Translations under genes and position numbers: made by a program
The notes under the pieces: model-generated
Database searches by the model: none
Seen by the model: only the letters and a program-made list of their open reading frames with translations
Told to the model about the DNA's origin: nothing
Shown here: in pieces, positions 23,363 through 35,303 of the stretch
How the letters are laid out: each line of letters begins with the position of its first letter
How positions within the stretch are numbered: the first letter of the stretch is position 1
Source of the DNA: Eutreptiella sp. 'Long Island Sound 2002'
Taxonomy: Eukaryota > Protista > Euglenida
Direction: 5' to 3'
Assembly: GCA_964036045.1 (NCBI GenBank)
Contig: OZ038379.1
Span: 7,440,001-7,504,000, forward strand
Length of the DNA stretch: 64,000 bases

Positions 23363-23437
23363 GGGAACAAACTGACAAATGCCTAATGAAGAGGTAATTA
23401 AGTTAAACCAGTGTTTTGAGCAAGCACAAAACACGAG
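23363..23437 (-). repeat. 5' terminal repeat A1 of the YR retrotransposon
   Basis: GGGAACAAACTGAC...AAAACACGAG matches 18836-18910 except one base. Confidence 0.93.
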
Positions 23438-24337
23438 GCTCCCAATTAGGAGGTGTGTTCAAATTCACCCGGATAGTACATGGAAGGGTGAATTGTACAA
23501 CACAATGCAAAGCAAGCGAGCAGCGCTCAAAAGCTCAAAGACATGGAACTCGATATAGACAGCAAAATGCGGTGCCCCATGTGCTGCTGGTCTCAACACC
23601 AATAATCTGATGGGGGGCACGGTACAAAAGGGATTGAAAACAGGAAAATGGACGACCCTTGGACGTCTCAGTTTGAATGGCATCGCATCTATACCATAAA
23701 CAATTTGTCATTTGGGGCACGCCAACTCTTCGGCAATCGCGAAGTCTCCCGAGGCAGAAGGAATACCTTCTCGAGCCTTCCGTAGGATGGGATCAAAATT
23801 TTACCCGCGCCCGCAAGGGTCGGCCAAAACCAAAACCAAACAAAACCAAAATTTGGTGCCACGCACAGGTTAGCAGCTGCTACAAGCGGAAAAGTAAGGA
23901 TGCGGGCTTCAATGGGGGAGAGCTGATGAAAATGTTCTCAAATAAAATGCATCCGGGCTGCACCCGTGACAAGTGGTAAAAGAGCCTTCTCCGTTCTCAA
24001 ATTGTGCAATGCCAGTAAGGGAAACCACTTCAAGTGATAGCGACATCCACACGATGCAAGCCAATCCACCCTCCACCATTGAGTGCAAAAGTCCAAGATA
24101 TCGCACTTTTGATGCCAATTCAAACGAAAGCGGATGGTTCGCCGCTGCTGTGCATAGCGCATGACGTCGTGCCTGCAAAATCGTTCAAAAACCCAGTTCA
24201 GCCGCAAACGGTGGTCACTAGCGAAAAAACATGAACACGACTCTCCAATACGGCCAATTGTGGTGGTAGCTCACGTGTTCCCTTTGCAAGATTTTGTCCT
24301 TCATGCAAAACGGAAAATCTTTGAATCTTTGAATTGA
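23438..24337 (-). repeat. Inverted-repeat arm a' (continuation of the 14160-18390 arm across the retrotransposon insertion)
   Basis: Reverse complement of 26254-27228 (ORF pair 23677-23979 / 26687-26989, coordinate sum 50666). Confidence 0.95.
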
Positions 24338-24524
24338 TAAAAAAATGCATTCTGAAATTGCCAAATTTCTGCAATAGATAGAAATCAGAATCAGAAATGT
24401 GATCCTAAAAAATCCGGTTCCAACATTGTGTCAATTTCTGAAAGTCCTGTCAGATACTGAGGAGAAAAGATGACGCGGCTAAGTAAGGGACTTATCCCTT
24501 ACTTAGCCGCATCCCACAAATGTG

Positions 24525-25162
24525 TCAGGAACGCCGCAACACAGACATCGTCCAGAGACGACCGCGAATTACGTAGCGTCTGCGCTCTGTGTACAGAGAC
24601 TCTAGTTCGTACTTTTGTACGCGCTTTGCCACAGCTTGCCGCTGGCGGCCCCAGCGCCGTTCTATAGGCTGCAAATTGCATACTGGCACCTGGTGGTTTG
24701 ACACTCCGTGATCTGCCCGGTTACCCGCTTGACCGTTTCTGTGGCTACTGTGGGGACCGCAAAGGCACCAAAACGGTGCCTGACTGTGTTGACCTGTATA
24801 TACAGTAGAGTGATTGATCGATCACCCAGGTGTGATACCTGAGTTTCAATCTGCCACAGATCCGACAGCAGCCAAAACATCGGCGTTGTCCACATGTGAC
24901 ACTAAACTCATGAGTACTTGGGTCGAATGCATGTACTTCGTCCACCGCGGGTGGTAGTAGCTTTAAAGCTATCAATCAGCAAGATTGGTCGGCAATTGAT
25001 TGTCATCGTCCTCCTCCTCTTGAACCTCCTCATCTTCCTCCCCATCTCTACCATGAAATCAACCCAAGCTGGGTCATTCTCATCATCCTCATCACTATCC
25101 TCATTAAAGTGCCGGTGCCTCAACTCCAGGGGACGGATTCCACAACAAGTGCTTGGAGACAC
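24525..25162 (-). pseudogene. Possible decayed IS630/Tc1/pogo-type DDE transposase remnant
   Basis: Fragments RPILLIDSFKA and CNLQPIERRWG..AVAKR resemble second-Asp and LNPIExxW motifs; interrupted by stops or frameshifts. Confidence 0.3.
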
Positions 25163-26253
25163 ACTACAGCACTAGGTGGGAAAAAACTTTTTGTGCTTCG
25201 CACCCCGAATTTGCGTTCATGAAATTGCCGCTCTGGTTTTGGTGCCTTGGGCTTGCCTTACTCGATCACTGCCCAAAAGGCTCAGCCTCGGCACAAGTCG
25301 GCTCTGACATACTTGGTGGGAGCAGATGTGCGACGTGATTCGCTGCACGTCCTTGGTTAGCCGTGCTTAGCACATTCAGAATTCCCTCTTACGCTTTGTG
25401 CCTGCTTTGTGCCCATGCATGCTTATGTGCATTCATTCAAGGAACAATACCGCCGAAGGCGGCGAAGCAAAGAATGAGGAACACATCAAAATACATCCCT
25501 GAGGTTGGGCTCCATTAGAAAATTAGGAAAACATCCTGGCTCTACAAAACACATTATTAGAACATAAGGATAAGGAAAAAAGCCCGCGGTGGCCGAGGCC
25601 ATTATTATTCCTTATTTAACACAAATTCTGCAGTACGACAAGAATATTCGAGATCTTGGGATAGGAGTTTCAAAATGGAATGGAATGGAGTTTAGCTGGA
25701 ACGGAGTTTTTCAAATGGAATGAGTTGCCAGGGTCCGGAACGGACTTTATGAAGGGAACATCTTGGGATATGCACATTCCCTTGGGGATCCACACGGCAA
25801 TACCCCTTTCAGCACGAAGTGCAAACACTCTGTCCAACAGCGGAGTGGTGTTCCGCTAGTGGTGGTGAGCCTATGTACCCCAACAAGTACAACCCTCACC
25901 AGCACACGCTCTCACGGTGCAACAAGAGCGCAAACTGCGTGCCCCGTCTCCCTTCAGGCCATCCTCAGCACTGCCGGTCACGGTAAGTTCATCCGTGAAG
26001 CAACATGTACCTCGCGGCACGTCTTCAGTAAACTCGATGCATGTTCCCGCACCAAAAACGGGGCTTCCACCAAAACCTTGCGTCTAATTCCGCTAAACGA
26101 ATGCCTCGGGTGTGTGCTCTTGTGGTAAAGTTGTCGGGGAAATCTTCGCGCCAAACGGGGGCTCCGGATGGGAAACGGAGTACAGAACCTTTGTTCGATG
26201 ATCTAGGAATTTTTCACATGTATCCAAACCCCAACCAAGCTTAGGTTGGCGGC

Positions 26254-27570
26254 TCAATTCAAAGATTCAAAGATTTTCCGTTTTGCATGAAGGACAAAAT
26301 CTTGCAAAGGGAACACGTGAGCTACCACCACAATTGGGCCCATTCCCTCCCAAGTCACTAGGTTCCCGGGAGTGCCAGAGCAGGGATTTGCCATGCCGAC
26401 CAACCACATGGCCGTATTGGAGAGTCGTGTTCATGTTTTTTCGCTAGTGACCACCGTTTGCGGCTGAACTGGGTTTTTGAACGATTTTGCAGGCACGACG
26501 TCATGCGCTATGCACAGCAGCGGCGAACCATCCGCTTTCGTTTGAATTGGCATCAAAAGTGCGATATCTTGGACTTTTTGCACTCAATGGTGGAGGGTGG
26601 ATTGGCTTGCATCGTGTGGATGTCGCTATCACTTGAAGTGGTTTCCCTTACTGGCATTGCACAATTTGAGAACGGAGAAGGCTCTTTTACCACTTGTCAC
26701 GGGTGCAGCCCGGATGCATTTTATTTGAGAACATTTTCATCAGCTCTCCCCCATTGAAGCCCGCATCCTTACTTTTCCGCTTGTAGCAGCTGCTAACCTG
26801 TGCGTGGCACCAAATTTTGGTTTTGTTTGGTTTTGGTTTTGGCCGACCCTTGCGGGCGCGGGTAAAATTTTGATCCCATCCTACGGAAGGCTCGAGAAGG
26901 TATTCCTTCTGCCTCGGGAGACTTCGCGATTGCCGAAGAGTTGGCGTGCCCCAAATGACAAATTGTTTATGGTATAGATGCGATGCCATTCAAACTGAGA
27001 CGTCCAAGGGTCGTCCATTTTCCTGTTTTCAATCCCTTTTGTACCGTGCCCCCCATCAGATTATTGGTGTTGAGACCAGCAGCACATGGGGCACCGCATT
27101 TTGCTGTCTATATCGAGTTCCATGTCTTTGAGCTTTTGAGCGCTGCTCGCTTGCTTTGCATTGTGTTGTACAATTCACCCTTCCATGTACTATCCGGGTG
27201 AATTTGAACACACCTCCTAATTGGGAGCCTTAAGGTTTTGTATTTGTCTCTTGAAGCAAGGATGAACATAAACCATCTGAGTGTCACGCATCGTGAAGCT
27301 TTGAGGACATGGATGGGCTGCATGTGTCTCACCCGCATATTGTGCTTTGGAATCAACGCAAAATGATGGAGTGCAAGCACCGATGTTAGTAGCAAGTGTC
27401 ATAAAGTTCAATTGCATAGTACGTAGGTGTTTGCCCTCATGCTGTAAATGCTAAAGGGAGGGCATTTCAATACTTTTGCACCCACCGTAAACCCAATTGT
27501 CTGCTCGTGCCGCTACTCCGCAGCTACTCCGCAAAAGTTCTTGTGTCATGACGCTACGCTTGTTAGTTCA
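26254..27570 (+). repeat. Inverted-repeat arm a+b, containing the empty retrotransposon target site at 27228/27229 and a third copy of window bases 1-328
   Basis: Matches rc of 23438-24337 plus rc of about 18049-18390. Carries a 73-bp insertion at 26337-26409. Confidence 0.95.
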
Positions 27571-27888
27571 TGTATACATAATACATAATTATTGCAGTTA
27601 GGCAAATTAGTTGGCATGTTTGGTCGTCGCATTGTAGGCTGCTAGGTGCTTTCTTTTGCCTTTACTGCTTGCTGTCAGTTACACCTTCTCCACAGTGACC
27701 TGCATCATCTCCAAACTGACTTGCACCCTTGTGACCTTTGACCTTGGAACTTGACCTTTGCTCTTTGTTGTGTGCACTTTGACCTTTTACCTCTGACCTT
27801 TACCTTTGCTCTTTGTTGGGTGTGCCTTCACCTTACCTTTTTGCTCAAGGTCTCTCCACCAGAACATGGGACTTGTGGAGATGCCTAG

Positions 27889-28075
27889 AGCTGCGCTTGG
27901 GGGAGCCTTGCAGGCGAAGCGAGACTCGGGGGAGTTGCCTTACCTTTTTATGGCCGGAGCTGCGCTTGGGGGAGCCGTGCAGGCGAAGCGAATTTTGGGG
28001 GATCCGCCGTACCTTTTTATGCCCCGAGCTACGCTTGGGGAAGCAGGCAAAGCGAGACTCGGGGGAGCTGGGAGC
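27889..28075 (+). repeat. 69-bp tandem repeat, about 2.7 copies
   Basis: AGCT(G/A)CGCTTGG at 27889, 27958 and 28027. Confidence 0.85.
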
Positions 28076-28376
28076 TCGGGGGATTCCCATTCTGTATTTG
28101 ATTGCTGGTGACGAGATACACGTGTTGGCCCGGACCATTTCCAAGTACGGGTTGTCTGTTTTCAACGATCACTCCGACGTGCCTACCGACGTGGTGGCTT
28201 GCCACCAGACGGATTCCTTCAACGTTCAAGAGGTCCGAGACGTGGCTAGCTCTCATCGCTCAGAGTGCCTCGACGAGGTCGCGAACTCTCACTTAGACGG
28301 CTTCGTACGAGACGGCTTCGTACGTCATACGTCAACTATTTCTGACGAGGACATGCTTCCATTCGTGCCTCGCGAA

Positions 28377-29173
28377 TCCTTGCAGGTGAAGATTGTTTCG
28401 CGCACATTGTTTGTGTCGTTGCGTCGGACGGATGCTTGGAGGATGCTCTTTTTTTATGTGCACTGCACATTTGTGTACAGTTCCAAGTCGTTCTCAATAT
28501 TCCGTTCAACACTCAAGGAGTCGCGTTTGGCCACCAGATGCCCTCGTGCTCTGTGTTGAAGCCACCAAAGACCCTGATTGGGAAAAAGACACAGCGAGGA
28601 AAGAGCTTGCTCCCCAAAGCAGAAGCACGAATTTGTGTCGTTACCTTTTTTGTGTTGCTTTGTGTTCAAACAGTGGAGAGTTCAACACAGTTCAAATGCA
28701 TCCTTTTTTTGTTTGCATCCAGTATGTAGCTCCAAGGGGTCCGAATCCAGCAATGCACACAAAACACCAGCTCTACCAAGTGCCAGAGAAGTCCACAATG
28801 TTGTTTTTGTCTTCAGAGTGCCGCCACAAGGTCGTGAATTCGTCTCTGCAGTTCTTCGACGGCTTTCGCACATCGTACGTCGACTATTCCTGACGAGGAC
28901 GTGCTTCCACTCGTTCCTTGCAGGTGAAGCTTGTTTCGCGCACGTTGTTTGTGTCGTTGCGTCGGACGGATGCTTGGAGGATGCTCTTTTTTTATGTGCA
29001 CTGCACATTTGTGTACAGTTCCAAGTCGTTCTCAATATTCCGTTCAACACTCAAGGAGTCGCGTTTGGCCACCAGATGCCCTCGTGCTCTGTGTTGAAGC
29101 CACCAAAGACCCTGATTGGGAAAAAGACACAGCGAGGAAAGAGCTTGCTCCCCAAAGCAGAAGCACGAATTTG
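28377..29173 (+). repeat. Direct duplication, offset 538 bp (28377-28635 / 28915-29173; looser similarity from about 28260 / 28813)
   Basis: Near-identical sequence and duplicated ORF text. Confidence 0.92.
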
Positions 29174-30594
29174 CTCTTTTTTTGGTTACTTTCATGAAAA
29201 CCTGTCCAGCTTGCAATGCAAAAGACTCCACAGTTGCAATGTGTGGTAGGATAGATGCCCAATTTTTTTGGGGGGGGCGGGGCTGCTATAACATGGGCAT
29301 GACCTTGAACCACATGGGCGGTCTTTCTTTGGGCTATGTCAACATAGTGTTGTTGGTGGTGGCCAGCCGTTAGGTCAATTCCGCCGCAAGCCTGCCCGCC
29401 AGCTGTTGGAGTTAATAGTTGCTGGCCCTTTTTTTATGCAGGCGTAATTTCTTTGTGTGGTCTGTTGTTTGTTGAGTTTGGGTATTTGTGGCGGTTTGTA
29501 GGTGTCCTAGAATAAGTTGCATGCTTACCACCTTTTGTGCTTTCTTGTTTTGTGTTGTCTTTTTTTTGTGTTGGTATTGTGTTGTTTGAGTGTTGTGTGT
29601 GTTTGACTTGCCAATTGGACAAGGCAGTGAGTGGCCTTGTTGCTACCTTGTGTGACTCATTTGGCCATTATTTATCCTCTTGCTCGTGTGTGTATGTGGT
29701 AGATGGAGTGTAGATGCATCATTGCAAAGCCTATGTAGACAATGCTTGAATGCTCAATCACACACATGCCGCACATTTTGTGTTAGCCATCCACCCACTT
29801 GGGCCAAAAGGTGCCAGGCACTTGAGAATAGGTACAGTGCATGAGCGTCATCACATTGAGGTTTGTGCTTTGACACCAAACTGTGCATGGGAAATTTGGG
29901 CACAATGTTGGAATCTGGGATTGTTGGTATGCAAACTTGAGCGAAGTTTGCAAAATGGAAGTGCTTGCACCTAGGACATCATTGTTGACCACGGACACAA
30001 CAATTGGGGGAGACGCAACACACAGAGCATGCAATATCAGTGGCTATGTAAATGTTGAGTCTAGATATGAGCACCACCTTATTACATAGGACAATGGCCC
30101 AAAGGAGACTAAGGTGTTGTCAAGCCGGGGCCCGAAAAATAATGAAATTTTCGACAGCTGTTTTTCGGGCAAGGGGGGGGTTCAGCTATCGGCACAGGAT
30201 TCTACCCTTGCCATTGTGATCCTAAAGGGCTTGGCTGTTTTGAGCCACAAGAGTGGAATAATCGAAATTTCTGAAACAGATTTGCCATGCATGGTGGTGC
30301 AAGTTGCTTGTGCATCATCTTTCTCTTCTTTTTATGTTATTTTCACCAAATTCGTCCCTGGATGCTGGGGACAGCGCAGACGTGTGCTGCGCGAAGTGCA
30401 AAAGCATGACCTGTGTCTACGCGTTGCAATAACACCTATCCGCAACCTCTTTACCAGCAGCCATCGTAAAAAATGCGTTTTCATTGCACTATACGAAGCT
30501 GTAGAGAGGACACGAAAGTACCACATCTTTGAGTTGCATGCCCATGTCAGATGATGGAATCGTTCCAACAGCCTCCGTCCCAATGTCCTGGCAG

Positions 30595-30764
30595 GTAACC
30601 CACTTGGTCTGTGGTGAGAAAGGGCACACCACCCAAGCTTACGACAAAGCAGTGCACAACAACATTCTGATCGTCACGGAGGCTTTCGTGGCTCATCTGC
30701 TGGACCACGGCACAGTGCCCAGCAGCAGCATGATCTCAGAGTTCGCGTGGGCCCCACCTGAATG
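30595..30764 (+). CDS. Exon: C-terminal half of BRCT domain 1
   Basis: CTGGCAG|GTA ... TG|GTATCA. VTHLVCGEKGHTTQAYDKAVHNNILIVTEAFVAHLL matches the BRCT THLV..A..IV.E.F/W pattern. Confidence 0.7.
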
Positions 30765-30942
30765 GTATCAGTGCGCGATGTGCATGTTCGGCCTAGGTGC
30801 GGGTAGGCTTGCATGTATGCGCTTGTGCGTGCACTTTGGCGCATGAATATAGCTCCAATGGTCCGCGTTGGGGCACCTTTGGAGAGTCATTTGGGCAGGG
30901 TATGTCCAGCGATTGGGATGGGGTTAGGGACACGCTGGACAG

Positions 30943-31070
30943 GGTCCAGATTGCAAAAAGTGGGGGTGGTGGCGGTCAGAGTACGTGCCGTCAAATTCGG
31001 ATTCCGAGCCATACAGCCAAAGATATCGTCCACCGTGGCGAAATAGGTCGCCTCACGCTCTGCGGAGCCG
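30943..31070 (+). CDS. Candidate exon: zf-PARP-like N-terminal part (3' boundary unresolved)
   Basis: ACAG|G completes the TG of the previous exon to Trp, giving WVQIAKSG....STCRQ...IVHRGEIG (compare EYAKSGRSTC..C...I.KGELR). The second Cys is missing and the acceptor is weak. Confidence 0.3.
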
Positions 31071-31594
31071 TGTTGAAAGTTGGAACTTGTGGCTAGTCGC
31101 TGAACAAGGTTGGTTTTTTCATCTGCGACTTGCCCTCTGAAGTGGGCGGAACCCCAAGTGAGATCAAGCAAAAGGAGAAGCACAAGTGTCCAAGTCCATC
31201 GCTGGGAGTTGTGCATGTGAGGACCTCAAGGCACTTGACAAAAGAAAAACGCCTGCCACAGGCATATGCCACAAAACTACGGCGGAAGTTTTGGCACCAA
31301 AGTCCCAAATGTGCAGCATTCAAGCACAAATTAGCAGATTCGCCTTTGTTGGATGCAACAACTGCAAACACAAGGAGCCTTCGAGGCACCATCGGACAAG
31401 TTGGGCGGCCTGTGACACGTGGGGCAGTTATTGAGGCGTGACCCAGAGTTGTCTTGGAGGTAGAGGCTGGAACAACCCTCAATGGCGCAGCAAGGGAAGT
31501 GAAACTGTGGCACACTCACCGCTAAATCTGCGCTGTGGCCGGTTTGGGGCACACTTGACTGGACGGACGTCGCCGAACTGGACGGTTTCCACAG

Positions 31595-31632
31595 GGTGTT
31601 TTCCCAATTTGGAGCCCACAGCGATTGTTCAG
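31595..31632 (+). CDS. Candidate 38-nt exon VFSQFGAHSDCS
   Basis: TTTCCACAG| ... |GTCAGG. The HxxC could close a zf-PARP finger; its phase-1 end fits the next exon. Confidence 0.4.
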
Positions 31633-32281
31633 GTCAGGGCAGGTTACGGCAGGGCAGGGCACATGTGGTTGCATAAGGGGACAGGAGTAGAGTTGAGCCC
31701 ACAGCGTTGGGATGGGGTGATTGACACAGCTGCCAGTGGACTTGCTTGTTGCTTGCTTGCTTCGTTGCTGTAGTGAAGGACAGAGGGCTGTTGTAATGCA
31801 GACTGTAATATCTGACGGGATATTTGGTGGCTCAATGACCCATCGTTCCCGAATTCCTGTGCCCCTTTCCCCTCCTCTCCCCCCTCAGAAGACTCAGTGG
31901 CCCGGAACCTCCTGGCCCGGTGCTACATTTGCCACATCAGTGGTAGTGGCGAGCCCCCTCTATATCTTCACAGTCTTGGGAGGGCCTTCATGAACAGGTT
32001 GCCATCGCCAGCATGGCAGGGATGCCACAGGGGCAGAAGCACCCCTTGTGATCACATGGACAACTGACACACTCTCACCCACCAATACGCCCAGAAGTAC
32101 TCACCAGCACATTTACTGAGCCTTTTTGGCAATTTCCCACACACACACAATTATGCACCACACTTTTCCTCTAGTTCCTGTGGTTTAGCCCCATTACTTG
32201 GTGAGCAATCCCAGAGCAACGAATCTCCGGTCATGGTATTTCTCTCAAAACCAATGGCCATCTTGACTGTGTCTTATTCAG

Positions 32282-32340
32282 GATATGGCTTCATCTTTGC
32301 TGGGCATCCAAAGCAGAAGACCCGCAAGGAGTGGATCGAG
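32282..32340 (+). CDS. Exon: start of BRCT domain 2 (GYGFIFAGHPKQKTRKEWIE)
   Basis: TTATTCAG| ... GAG|GTATGC; matches the G.F...G BRCT start; phase 0 joins the exon at 34672. Confidence 0.7.
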
Positions 32341-34125
32341 GTATGCACCATCAGCAGTTGAGGCTGTACCACGTTGCAAAAATTGCAATGTGGAGTGCAG
32401 AAAATGTGGTTGACATGTGCTGCAGAAAATGCAAGGCGTGTTGTGGAAATGGTACACAATCGAACGAAAGTGTAGCGTGTGTTGCAGAAAGGTCAATGCA
32501 TGTCGAAGAAAATGTAGTGTGTGTTGTAGAAGATGTAATCTGCATTGTAGCCAATTGAATGCGCATTGTAGAGAATGTAACATTTTTGCATGAAATTTGT
32601 TATGCCGTGTGGAAAATATATCGCGCGTTGGAGAACGCTTTACTACGTATTGTGGAAATTATAGTGTGTGTCATGTCATTTTGTAGAAAACGAAATATGC
32701 AGTGTAGGCAATACTGTGCATTGTAGAACACAGAAATACGCGTTGTAGAAACGGGAGGGGGTAATCCACAAAACGGGTTGTCAATTTTTCGGCCGAATTG
32801 CTTAAGATTATTGTCACTGGGGGGGGGGGGGGGGGGGCTGAAATCTCCAAAAAAAGGGATATTCGAAGAGGTATCCGTCATGGGGGGTCCTGAGGCCATA
32901 TTTTTGAGTACCGAAGACGCAATTTTGAACTTTTCATGGTTTCGACCTGCTGTTGGCTCAGCTCCCGGCGTCTCGACCTTGCTCCCCCCCCCCCCCCCCC
33001 CCAAATCCTCCGACATATTGTCAGTGAGTGGTCAAGTCATTGAGGGTGGATTGGTTGCATTTTAATGTTTAGAAGCCATGTGCAAAGTAGCTCCCCTCAT
33101 CCCAATGATATGTTGGCTAATCTGAACACTAACACCCCTGTGCAGCCTGATGCGAACTGGCAGCACCATGGGGGGTGCCCATGATGGTTGTGCCAAGTAT
33201 TGTTGAGTTGAGTCGAGCCACTTTGCACATGGCTTCTACACATCAGACGCAACAAATCTACTCTGAATGAATATGACCTCCCATTGACACTATTTTGAAG
33301 GAATCGGGCCTGTAAGATGCCCGGGATGCAGCCTTGCCAGATGTTGGTGAAAACATGGCAAAAATGATACAAAATCGGAATCTCTGGGCAGAGGATTTAC
33401 GGACAGGCCCCAAAATCTTCAAAAATGGATTCCCCACCCCTCTATTTTCAAAACAGAGGGGATTCACCCTGGGACTCCTCAAACATGGGCATGCCATACG
33501 TACATGGCAAAACCGACTGAACATGGGACCAACACAGCCCCATCATTTCTGGAAAAATCCGTTGTTGACCCCATTTTTAACGCACTTATGGGCGCCAAAT
33601 GGCCCGTTTTCAAAGGGTTTCGGGACTGTTCGGGGGCCACACAGGGCAGGACGGCCTCAAAACAGGCTGAAAACACTCGTTTTGGGCATCCCAAGAGGTC
33701 TGGGAGCAATTTTGGAAGACGTCATTCTACAAACCCTGATTGCTGGGTTGTTTATGTCGCATTGTGTTCAGATGGAGCAAGTGTATTGGTTGGTCCGTTG
33801 TGCCCCATGACATTGCAGCCCTTCGTTTTGCTGCTGGAGGAGATTTGGACATTCTGTCTGATTTCTGTAGAGCCATGGTTGTTGGGATTTTGAATGTTGC
33901 TGCTGGCCCTGCAGCAGTCACCCTTGTTGCCCAGTTGTGGGACCCTGTGGCTCTTCTAACGTGGAAGGGTTTGCTTGCCTCATTGTCACATCAGCAGCGA
34001 TGAAGACTTTGAGTGACACCAAGATTGAAAGTGCCCGAAAACGGATTGGAAAGTGTATGGCACTCCTCGAGTTCAACCAACCTATGTGTGTGGCATGGAC
34101 TGCGTGCGATCCCATAGTCCAAGGG

Positions 34126-35303
34126 CCCGCACTTCTTGTTATGAACAGGAGAAGGGCACCCAAACATCCTTCACAGGAAGGTTAACTTCACAAAAATGCC
34201 GCCAAGGAAAAACAGGAAAATTGAAGTATCTTGCGACGCCAGGACCATTGCAGAAATTCAGTTGGCAAAAAAAACAAACAACGGCAGATAAATGAACACG
34301 GTCTTCTGTTTTCTGGCGGCCTTCAAAAATTGCGAAAATAGAATTCAACAGAATTGGTATCCCGCGTATTCTCTGACACCGCTACAGTCTATCTGGATGA
34401 GACACTGGATCGGGCCGGTGTCGAATATCTTGGTCTGTTGCAGCATCAGCTGCTGCTGTGTTGAAAGGGTGTTTTACCTTGCTGTGAATGGTCCTCCACC
34501 TTATCGTCATTTCACCCAAACTTGAAAGGGGTTGAATTACGCAGTCTGGCGTTTCTGTTGGTTGCAATCTACGCCGTGTCTACCGGCCTCCATGGCGGGG
34601 ATATCCAGTTGACCGCAGGAGGTTAGGTCTGCTGCACTTGTGCCCATTGAACCGTTTCCTCTATTATACAGGAACTGGGGAGTCGTGGCTGATCTGTGGC
34701 CCGGACGCTGACCTCCGAGGTGACGCATTTGGTGGTGTGCGAGAACGGGGCTGGCACCGCTTTGCACAATGCAGCCCACAGAAAAGCTGAGGTTGCGGTT
34801 GTTACAGAGGATTTCCTGGTCCACCTTGTGGAGACTGGGGAGGAGTTGCAGTCCACATTTGTGGCGGCCGAGGACAGTGGTATGGGGATGATTGGGTCGG
34901 GCAGGTCCGGAGGGGATGTCTGCCGCGAGGGAATTTCTCACTGGCAGGGGTTCGTTGGGTCACGGTTTCTCCCGTGTGGGCCGAGGGGTGGTGGGGCTGG
35001 ACAAATGTTGGTTGCCACGGGGATTTATTTCTTTTCTTCTTTCTTTCGTTTTTCCAGGAAAGCCTCAGGTTTTGGGGTGGCATTTTTGTGGCAACCCGAC
35101 AGTGGTTGGCGACGCAGTAACCCGCACTTCTTGTTATGAACAGGAGAAGGGCACCCAAACATCCTTCACAGAAAGGTCAACTTCACAAAAATGCTGCCCA
35201 GGAAAAACAGGAAAAATGAAGTATCTTGCGACGCCAGGACCATTGCAGAAATTCAGTTGGCAAAACAAACAAACAACGGCAGATAAATGAACACGGTCTT
35301 CTG
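34126..35303 (+). repeat. 183-bp direct repeats (34126-34308 / 35121-35303) flanking the BRCT2 exon
   Basis: CCCGCACTTCTTGTTATGAAC...ACACGGTCTTCTG in both copies, offset 995. Confidence 0.92.
34672..34879 (+). pseudogene. Exon: rest of BRCT domain 2, with in-frame TGA at 34690-34692
   Basis: TATACAG| ELGSRG*SVARTLTSEVTHLVVCENG..A..V.VVTEDFL ... G|GTATGG; its phase-1 end joins the ligase exon. Confidence 0.75.

Larger units (their letters stand above)
18391..23437 (-). mobile_element. Tyrosine-recombinase (DIRS-order) retrotransposon, VIPER/TATE-like gag-YR-RT/RH order, apparently intact
   Basis: Gag-like, YR and RT/RNaseH ORFs; split direct repeats; both junctions reconstruct the empty site seen at 27217-27240 (rc AAAACCTTAAG|GCTCCCAATTAGG). 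Confidence 0.92.

Noticed and set aside
28190-28230. DVVACHQ as another PFO exon
   Set aside because: Flanking residues do not match the PFO context; probably coincidence.
30225-30310. N-terminal half of BRCT1 (LKGLAVL.../LKQIC/MHGGA)
   Set aside because: Needs several frameshifts and has no clear splice sites; too weak to annotate.
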